The notes under the pieces: model-generated
The model's input: only the letters and a program-made list of their open reading frames with translations
Told to the model about the DNA's origin: nothing
Database searches by the model: none
Translations under genes and position numbers: made by a program
Part shown: piece after piece, positions 54,226 to 64,000 of the stretch
How positions within the stretch are numbered: position 1 is the first letter of the stretch
Layout of the letters: the number at the start of each line of letters is the position of its first letter
From: the human T2T-CHM13v2.0 reference genome, Homo sapiens
Length of the DNA stretch: 64,000 nt
Assembly (NCBI RefSeq): GCF_009914755.1
Contig: NC_060932.1
Reading direction: 5' to 3' (one strand)

Positions 54226-57200
54226 ACAGGACTAAATCTTGTACCTAGTGCTTACTATGTCTTTGACTTTAGACAAATCACTGAGAATCCTGGAAACACT
54301 ATCTTCAACAGAAAAATTAAAACTAGTTCTCTGACTTCTTTGTTGTTTAATCGAGAGGATTCTGTGAGATCAGGTCTTGGAAATACAAAAATAGTCAGAT
54401 GTGACATGGACAAGCTAGATTGATTATTGTTATTGACTATGTCCTTCCTCCTGGGAGGCAGGCCATCCTCAATACTGGGAGAAATTGAAGGAGAGGGCCT
54501 CTAAATTCTTTGTAGTATAGTTTAGGGAAATGGTTAGCTGGTTGATTGTTTAAAAAAAAATTTCTCTGAATTCGACTTTAATTTGTCAGTCCTATTAGAC
54601 TGTACCTTCCAAGAAGGGCCATTTGTTTTTGAAAACAAGTTGTACTCTGTGTTCTGTTGTTACTTAACTCACCAGCACCATCTGCTCTGCTGTTATGCCC
54701 AATTTGAATCAGAAGGAAAAGGTTTCTTTCTAGTTGGACATTCAAAGGAAAATAACAGGCTCTAAGAAAAGGGAAGAAAATGGAGAATATCTGTAGCCCA
54801 TCAATTGGGTGATTTTTGTCCCATGTTGCATTTTGTCAAGTCTGCATAAGGATGAGAGTTGGCCTGGAGCCAAGGGTGAGTCAAGCTTGTGTACTGTGGG
54901 CTCCGTGCTGCCTGTATGGGCATGCCATTCTAGGAAAAACATGCTGGGCAGATGACGACTTTGTTGGGCTGTTAGAAGAATCCTCTGGATTGCAAAGAAA
55001 GGGCAACATGCTTTATATCATCATTGTTAGGGCTAAGTGGAGAGGTGACAAATTCAGTATATCTGTCTCTGGGTATTTATGCATTGATCAGAAAATCACT
55101 TCTATGATCATGTATATGTGTGTGTATGTGTGAGACAGAGAGAGAGAGAGAGAGAATAGAAATTGTGAATTTGTCTTGGGTATAATGAAGTTTGTGTATC
55201 TGTGTAGTGGATAGTGCAGAACAGAGGGAATAGACAGTCAGTAGAAGAGAATATATGCATGAAGTTATAAACCAACAAGGCAGAGTGCCTTCCAAATATT
55301 CTTCAGCCACAGTCAGATTCTGGTTGAAGCACCATTCTCCACTTTCCAAAAAAGGATTTATTTCTTGGAAACTAAAAATGCAATAAAAGCCGACCCTCAA
55401 TTTCCTATAATAACAACAAGTTTCAAGTTTGGCATTCATATCACTAGGGACAAATCATGTCAAGCAGCCAAAGGAGTCACCACCAGCCCCCACTGAGGCT
55501 TGTCCTCAATTCAGCAAAAGATGTTCTTCTAAAGTGACTTGTTCGCTTAGCTCCCAGCTTCCATTTTGCTCATCCACTGAGCTGCCTGCATGGTCCTACC
55601 AGTGCCTTCTCTTCTCCCTCTCTTTCTGCTGGGGCCAAGGAGAAGGTGATTTCTCCCAAAGATACTTCCAGCAAAGTTAGCTCTTCCGCCAGAGTAGTTT
55701 TTATGTTTAGTGGAGATATATCTTGGGTTGAAAATGAACCATCCCTTTTTTAGTATGTAGTAGGACGATCTGATTATGACTGCACTAATAATGATTGTGA
55801 AAATGGGAGAATGGGGTAGAGACATCTGAATGGGTGCAGCTCTCCTCTGACAAGGGCTTCTAATGACTCTTGGGGGTGATTTAAGCTTCTTCCATAAGAG
55901 AAGTGTTTTAATTTTCAATTTAGAAACTGCTTTTTTCCTCTAAAGAAACTCAAATTCATCAACATTTTTCAGTTTTTTAGTTATAAATATTACATAAAAA
56001 TTATATTAACAACAGCACCGCTTCTTGACCACCTGTGTCCTAACTTGTGGTTGATACTTGATGGATGGAGATTATCTTCAATTCTCCCAGAACTCTCTAA
56101 GTTGCTTCCAGATCCTCCATGCACATGATTTTGATCTCACATTAGTGCTTTGCAGAGGGCAATTTCAGAGCAAGGAACAAAGGTAACTTTGGATTACCCT
56201 AGGGGATGGGGGTTTATTGTGAAAATACATGAGGACACATAAATGCACCAAAACTGTCCTATTTGTTGATGGAGCAGGTATCATGGGGAGAATAGGAAAA
56301 CATTAGGGACATCATCATTTGTCTAGTAGCCCCAAATCAAATCTTTTGGTCTGCTGTTCTGATGACTCAATTGCTCCTCATTTCTGCCCCAGCCTCATGT
56401 TCAACCGTTTCTAAGAAAGAGCAACTAATTGAGCTCTTTGTCACCTCCCTACTGGGTAGAGTTTTTCCTTCCAGGTTTCCACACAGGACATTTGCTAGTC
56501 TTGGCTCTTAATTCAAACCCTATTTTCAAGTCATTCTGCAGTGGCAATGGTTATTCATTTCCTATAGAACAAATAATTTATTCCCTATAAAGCAAATCAT
56601 GGCAACTTATAGTTGAGGAAATTCCTACAGATGCTTTGTTTGTTTACTTGTTTTCTGGAGAGGTTATTGAGAGTTTATCACAGCCTGTCAAAGCCCTTTT
56701 AGAAATAAAAGCTCATGAATTCAAATAATGCATCAAAGGCCACATAGCAAAGTAGTTGCATTACCTAGATTTAAATCTAATTCTGTGTCTTCCTTGCTTT
56801 GCTTTTCTCATTATGCTTTACTATCTCCACAGTTTTGCAATGGTCATTTATTGAAATATTTATAGGCCTCTGATTCTGATTCTTGACTTAGTAAAGACTG
56901 ATAGCAGTCATTTCTCATCTTAAGCTAACATGACACAGAAATGCTAATAAAGAGAAACTAAAAAATACAGAACAAAATAATGGTGGATTGGAAAGTGTCT
57001 TAGTAAAAAAAAAAAGATATTACCTAGATCCAAGAGGTGACCTAACTGCCTGTTCATATAAGGAAGGTGAGACACTCAGAAAAACATTCAAAGGAATGTA
57101 GGAAAGGACTATTCTTATAAATCTGAGGGTTAATAATGAGTCAGGCTCATGGGAGAGGAGACAAAAGCTACTACACTAGAAAAACCCTTCTACCCTCCAC

Positions 57201-58004
57201 TATCAGATCTGCTCTCAGTTTTTTTTCATAATTCAAAGTTAATAAAAAATTTTTAAAATATAAAATATGATGCCTATGTTCCTTAAATAATTCACTTAAA
57301 TGTAATGTTAATGAAGTATATATATTGGTTAATAACTTGATTTAGGCCCAAGGTTTTCTCATCGAAGTTGGACCTATTAATTGAAGTGTTATAAGGCCGT
57401 TCTTATAGAAATATTATATATAATCTGTTATTTTTGTTTATTTAAAGTGAAAGTCAAACTTAGTCCCAGAAAATAAGTTAGATATGGATCTTTTATAATG
57501 GCTTCTCGGTCTTATGAAATAAGCTCACCTGATCCTAATTTAATTACACAATTCAGTTGCTTTTAAAAAACAAATTGTACTTATTGAGATTTTTCAAAGC
57601 ATTCCACTTAGTTTTTTAGCATCATAGCATAAATAATTATCTTTTCATATTCATATTTATCCCTTTATATATTCCATTGAAATACATAATTATAAGTATA
57701 GCTGGCATAAACAAGTTTAGAAAAAGACAAAAGTGGCTCTTCATAAGTATATACTCTATTTAAGAAAGCAATGTGCAAATGCTGCTGTGATTGCTGAGAT
57801 GCCAGTGGTATCTGTCAGTAATTTATAGAGAATGGAGAGCATCATTTAATTTGTCAAACCCCTTGTGTAGAAGTTTGATTAAAAAAAAAAAAACTTCCAA
57901 CATATGGAAGTTCTAAAATATTTAAATTCTGTATTTCTATTCTAAGATATCTAAAATAGTTAAACTCTGTGTTTTTCACAGAATGAGATCAAGAAGATAT
58001 ATGT

Positions 58005-58312
58005 GGCCAGGCATGGTGGCACCACCTATAATCTTAGCACTTTGGGAGCAGAGGCAGAAGGATCACTTGAGGCCAGGAATTTGAGACCAGCCTAGACTAC
58101 ACAGCGAGATCTCCTCTGTACAAAAATGTTAAAAATAAGCCAGGTGTACTGGTATGTGCCTATAGTTCTAGGTACTTGGGAGGCTGAGGCCAAGAGTTCG
58201 AGGCTACAGTGAGCCATGTTCACATCACTGCACTCCAGCCTGGGTGACAGACCAAGACTCTCTCCCCCACAGCACGCCCCCCCCCCCCAAAAAAAAAGAA
58301 GAAGAAGAAGAA
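58005..58312 (+). mobile_element. AluJo/Jr-like element with a right-arm deletion and a C-rich insert before the tail
   Basis: 'ggatcacttgaggccaggaatttgagaccagcc', 'gagttcgaggctacagtgagccatg'; A and (GAA)n tail. Confidence 0.92.
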
Positions 58313-58711
58313 GGAATGATGTTGCCAGGCTGAGGAGTGCCAAGTAGAAATAATCCCACACACAACTTTCCCTTAAGTGAGCCATTAAATATTTTACAAA
58401 GTCAAGAATTTGGTGGCATAGAAAAGAAAGTCAATTTATCATCTTTATAAATCAATTACCAAATTATTGACGTGTTTTTAAATTATATGAATTTATATGA
58501 CTCCATAGTAAAAACATCTGCCCTTTACTCCAGATATTTTCTGGGAGTCTTGGGGATAATACGATGAACATATCAGTTAATATTTTCTTGATTGTAAGTG
58601 GAAAAACCAAACCAAACCTGAAGGTAGATAAGGACATACACACACACAATTTTTGTAAAGGATACAAGTCTGTTTCAAGAAATCCAAATAAGACTTGAAC
58701 TACCAGACCCC

Positions 58712-59238
58712 AAAGTGAAAGTCAAATTCTAAGATGTCCTCAAGATTCCTGCCCGCTTATACACACGCTGTGTTTAATTTCCTCTCATCAAGTGTGGGTC
58801 TGTCTTTTGAATATGATGGATAGCCATTCCATGATTATGTTACATTATGTAAGACTCTGTCATCGTACACTAGAAGATGTTGTCCAATTGTCTTCAAAGA
58901 AGTAACCTGTTATGTGTGAAAGGGCCATTGTAATCCAAGTGAGGCTGCTGGTGAAAGTAACACCTGACCAATAGCCAGCAAGAAAAATGGGACCACTGTT
59001 CTAGAACTATAAGGAACTGAATTCTGCCAGTAACCTGCATGATCTTGGAGGAGAACTCCATGTCTCAGATGAGATTGCATCTCTGGCTGACATGGTGATT
59101 TTAGCTGTGTTAGATCTAGAGCAGGAACCCAGATAACCTGTGCCCAGACTCCTGATACACAGAAATTTGAGTTAATAAATTTGCATTGTTTTAAGCCACT
59201 AAGTTTGTGGTGCTACATAATGCAACAATACAAAACAC
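58712..59238 (+). mobile_element. MLT1E-like MaLR solo LTR
   Basis: 'aattctaagatgtcctcaagattcctgccc', 'tagccagcaagaaaaatgggacc', 'aaggaactgaattctgccagtaacc', 'ataaatttgcattgttttaagccactaagtttgtgg'. Confidence 0.85.
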
Positions 59239-62200
59239 TCTTGGTAAGGGAATAACTCAGTTAACTTTGAATGACTTCATTGGTGGTTGTTTAGGAATCT
59301 TCCCTCTGGGTATCATATCAGTAACGACTAGTTCTAACAACACCTAATCTGTTTCTCTAGCTCAAAATGTTGAGAAAGATTCTAATCGATGTAGCTGGGG
59401 TCAGGTGATAATATATGGACCAATCAACTATGGCTAGCAGCAGAGAAAAACGTTTCTGTAGAAAAAGCATGAGTATTAGGTGAACCACCTCTAATGGTGT
59501 AGTGGGGGCAGCTTCCAGAGAAGAGGGAGATATAAATTAGGAAAATCCTCAAGAAATGTTTAGTACATGGAAACCTTGTATTTCAAAGGGTATTCTAAAT
59601 ATCAAAGGTACCTAAGAGTCTTAAAACTGGAAGGGGTCTTGGATTTGTCTCTGAAAAATCACTGATTTTAATGATTTCCCACTTTTGGATGCCAATGAAT
59701 AGCTTTAGTTACCTTATTATTTTCTAAGCCTCTGATAACCAACCTTCATTTATTAAAAGCTGACATGCTACTTTTCTTTTTACTTTATTCAAAATGTGCA
59801 CAATGATGTCAATATTTTCTAGAACAGTAACATCAATAGCATTATTTTTTATATATTCTAGGAAATGTTGCATAACTCATGGCTCATTCACCTTACTAAC
59901 TACATAGATCACTTTAAGTCAAATAATACTAGGTTGAGAGCCACTAGCCTAGTGCAGTGCTTTCATTATATCGTTGTGAAAGTTGTAAAAATTTGACTTT
60001 TCTCTCAATCCAAAAATAAAATCCAGACCACCAAATTCTCCTCTCCTTTAATCAAAAATGAAACAGACAAATTTGAAATTTACTTTCTTGAACGTTAACA
60101 ATAGAGGAAGAATCCTCACTTGTGGAGCACCAGCCAGATGTCAGACATTCAATTACACAGCATTAGCTGATGTTCTCCTTTAAATTCAGCTGTCAGTATC
60201 AGGAAATTAATGTAGTGGCCACTTGAGCGCAATTCTCACTTCACAATTCTAGCACTGAGGAAGATAGCCACACATGTTAATAAGGTAAAGATCATAGGTT
60301 CAAGCACCCATGTTTTAACTTAATACTCTGTCTATCTTACAAAGGTATCTCACTGGTCACAGAGAGAAGCAAGGAACATTTGGATGGTCCAATAAAAACT
60401 TACTGCTACCTCTTGGAAACAGATGCGGTATTGGTGGTATTGATAGCATCGGCTTCCCACATGAAGAACCAAACATGAAAACATGATTCCAATTGCTCAT
60501 TAATGAAACAGGCATTTGGTTAGGTACATGTGCAAAATCAGGAGTCCTGATTTCTGAATGCATGCCAATCTAGTGTCCAGGATTTAATTACAATTTCCAA
60601 GATTTTAATAATAGAGACTCTGAAGGTTTGCTGGACTTCAAATATCCTTAAAACTTTTTTGATGAGTTAAGTGTAAATGAATATAAAACATATGTATAAA
60701 ATTCTCTTGAAATACATGTGGGTTTAGAAATTAAGGGAAAAAGGACAGCAAACATTGGCCTTAAGACCTGCCAAAACCAAAGCATCTGAAAAAATAGCTC
60801 GAGACATTTGGAGAATCACAAAGTGTGGTAAGGTTTAGCCCTCCTTTAGAGAACAAATGAGACTGAAAATGACTTTCTAATGTTTTGGCATGGAAATTCT
60901 TTATAAAATTTTGAATATTTACAAATAATTTTATATTTTTACATGAACACTTACACACACACACAGACACACAGTTACTCATACAAGTATTTTGGCTTGG
61001 GCTAAGTTCAAGATTCAATGAATATCAACCTTAGCTGGCTCCTTTTGACATTAGCAAGACAAGCTAAAAAAATACACAACTACTCAAGCACATACCACGC
61101 ACAGCACAATTTTTGATGTGAAAGGGAATATTCAATGCTAACAAATATTATTAAGTTACTGTTTTTATAAAACCTTTCAACGATTTCCCATTACCCTCCC
61201 ATCCCATCGAAGACCCTAGTTTTCTATGCTTTTTCTGTGTCTTTCTTGAAACAAATTCTACTGCTTAGTTTTATTCTGTTTCCCTATCTACATTCATACT
61301 CCAGTGACACTATATTAATTCCCATTGCACTGCTTACAAACACCCATCCTTTCCACCTTTCTTGTTTCTACTTGTATTCTCTTATTGGTCCTCTCTGTCT
61401 AGAATGGCCATCCATTTCCTCCTACAAATGCCCTGGTCATTCAAAATCCAAACTCAACACCTCCACATAACCTCTTTCATTATCTGTTTAGGCTCACAAA
61501 TTTCACCAGATTGAGCACCATTTAAAAATTCTTCCAAGTTTCTGCACTGCATACAATGACAATTAAAACCTACCATTATGAGGACTCCTGGAGAAATCTT
61601 GTCAATCATTTCTCCTCTCTTACTGGTTCCAACCAATTTAAGAAATAGACTTGAAAAACCACATGGAAATCAAATACTGTATTAATTTCATTACTGCTAA
61701 ATCTGGACTCATGAAAATGGTATGGTTTGTTCTACTTTCCAGTCTTATTATTTTAACCCAAAGCTGAAATAAAGAAAAAGAGATCAGAAAGAGTGAGTTA
61801 AGATACTCATAATGCTAGGCACATACTGGGACAAATGCACAGGATAGAATCAAATCCTTCCTGCCAAATGTTGATACAATAGCCTCATCATCTCATTAAT
61901 AAGGTCCAAAAATGAGAACATAGAAATAACGCCTGAGTATGCTTTCTCCAGCTTTCATAGAGTGGAGATCACCCTTTCTTGAAGAGCAAGAATCAACATC
62001 TAATTAATCTTTCCCCAAGCAATTCAAGGCCACTGAACTCGAGAGCTAGACTGCCTTTCCAGCTTTGCCCTGCCCTGCTCCTTTACGTATGCTCTGACCC
62101 AGCCATACATTTGAGTCCTTGAATATATCACATTATACATGCCTCTGCCCTTTAAAAATATTGTTCTCTCTGTTTTGGAAGATTCTTCTTGTCCAATTGC

Positions 62201-63299
62201 TACAAATATTCAAATACCTTAAATACTTGACTCAGAAATTCTCTTTTGTAAACTATTTATTGAGCCTTGTGGCAGAGCTGGCTCTTTTTTGCATCTGATC
62301 CTTTGATAGCTTGACTATAATGTTTTATAATATAGAACAAACTGGTTTGTAGTTTCCACTTACAATTTTTCTCCCCTAGAAGAGGGTGAACTTCTTGAAA
62401 ACATAGACTATGTCTTATTTCATTCATCTCTATCACCTGGGTTTGATATACACTATCAATAATTAATATAATCAATAAATCACAAATAATTTTGATTTCA
62501 ATATTAAGTAGATCTACTTGATATACTGTTTTCCCTGTTCAGGTCAGGGCTGCACTGAGAATTGAATGTGGCTGATGTGGCAGGTGAATAACTTTATGTA
62601 GATGAGGGCCTGGAGGTGAGGGATCTCAACAGGATAGGGAATGTGAAAGTCAATAGAGCATATAGTTCTTTCCTTCAGAAAGAAACATATAATCTAGTGT
62701 AGCCATTAACTTTCACATGCAGAATACATGATAGATAATCAAAAAACAATAGTGCTTATTCTGAACCTGGGTAAATTAATTCATGTAATCAAAGGTCTTC
62801 CATTCAGCAATTAATATGTTCTATCCACTAAATACTAAAAACTGTAAACAACCATCAAGGTTCTAGTGATGCCCTTCCGTGTTCCTGGCCTGCTGCAGTC
62901 TGGCTTCCTGCAGAAAGAGGCCAACATAATTTATTTGTTCTTTATTTTTGCATGTTACTTTCTGAAAACCCAGGTTTCTGACCCTCTGGGTTTGAAGAGA
63001 GGCTAAGAGGGTAGGAGAGATAGAAGGAGCAACAGAATTCTCACATGACTAATATTGGCATGAACTGTTGTGATACTCTCTGCACTTTGCTGGTGTTTAC
63101 AGCTGACTCTCTTTCTGGGGTGTTAATGCATTATTGGAAACATCTCCTCTATTACTACTGTCCCCTGCCTGTATCTTCCTTGATGAAAATGATGCACTCA
63201 GCTTGGCTGGCCACATATTTTCCCATTGTACTCAGTTTTTGGGAGACTACCTCCACTTTTCTCTCTTTCACAATTAAAATGGAGTAGGACACAGTCATA

Positions 63300-63420
63300 G
63301 TGCTTAATAATCCTAGCACTGAAGTCTAACTTGGATTTTAATATAAACTCATCACTTTTGTGACCTTGCACATGTTACTAAATCTTTCTAGGACTAAAGT
63401 TATTCATCTATTAAAAATGG
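63300..63420 (+). mobile_element. MIR 5' half, cut by the L1 insertion
   Basis: 'tgtgaccttgcacatgttactaaatctttctaggactaaagttattcatctattaaaaatgg'. Confidence 0.7.
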
Positions 63421-64000
63421 ATGCATAGTATTCCGTGGGGTATATGTACCACATTTTCTTTATCCAATCTATTATTGATGGCCATTTTTGTTGATTCCAC
63501 ATCTTTGCTATTGTGAAGAGAGCTGCAATGAACATACAAGTGCATGTGTCTTTATGATAAACTGACTTATATTCCTTAGGGTATATACCTAGTAATGGGA
63601 TTACTGGGTCGTCGAATGGTAGTTCTATTTTTAGGTCTTTGAGGAATCACTAAACTGTCTTCCATGATGTTTGAACTAATTTACACTCCCACCAACAGTG
63701 TATAAGTATTCCCTTTTCTCTGCAACCTCGCCAGCATCTATTATTTTTTGACTTTTTGATAGTAGCCACTCTGACTGGTGTGAGATGGTATCTCATTGTG
63801 GTTTTGATTTGCAGTGATGGTGAACTTTTTTTTGTATGACTGTTGGTCACATATATGTCTTCTTTTGAGAAGTGTCTGTTCATGTCCCTTGCCCACTTTT
63901 TAATGGTTTTTAATAATTCCTTATAGATGCTCAATATTAGACCTTTGTCAAATGCAAAAATAGTTTGCAAAATTTTTCTCCCATTCTGTAGGTTGTTTGT
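63417..64000 (-). mobile_element. L1PA13-16-like ORF2 C-terminal segment with no 3' UTR or polyA; runs off the window
   Basis: ORF 63650-63970 matches ORF2p ([16 protein letters not shown]...[13 protein letters not shown]...RCWRGC...[10 protein letters not shown], the CCHC region). Confidence 0.92.

Overview
AT-rich, CpG-depleted mammalian DNA. AluY, AluS and AluJ copies, THE1 LTRs, MADE1 and L1PA elements make it a simian primate, most likely human or great ape. It reads as a long intron or intergenic region rich in old L2 and MIR repeats. I found no credible protein-coding gene, tRNA or rRNA gene, CpG island or CRISPR array. The only ORFs resembling known proteins are broken L1 ORF2 fragments; the rest are Alu-derived, LTR-derived or random. 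Repeat families were recognised by eye from remembered consensus sequences, so subfamily calls and the edges of old elements are approximate. Structure not explained by ordinary insertions: (1) a gap-free 369-bp inverted duplication of an MLT1C LTR segment at about 91% identity around a 596-bp spacer; (2) an old direct duplication of about 240 bp; (3) an L1PA7-like element with a microhomology-flanked internal deletion and a nested AluY that has its own internal duplication; (4) a probable twin-primed inverted L1 at the right edge; (5) four minus-strand exon-like segments and a recursive-splice-like site; (6) compact transcription-factor motif clusters (NFI plus AP-1; DR2/DR4 nuclear-receptor half-sites). 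The sequence alone does not show a new biological system; these are leads to test.
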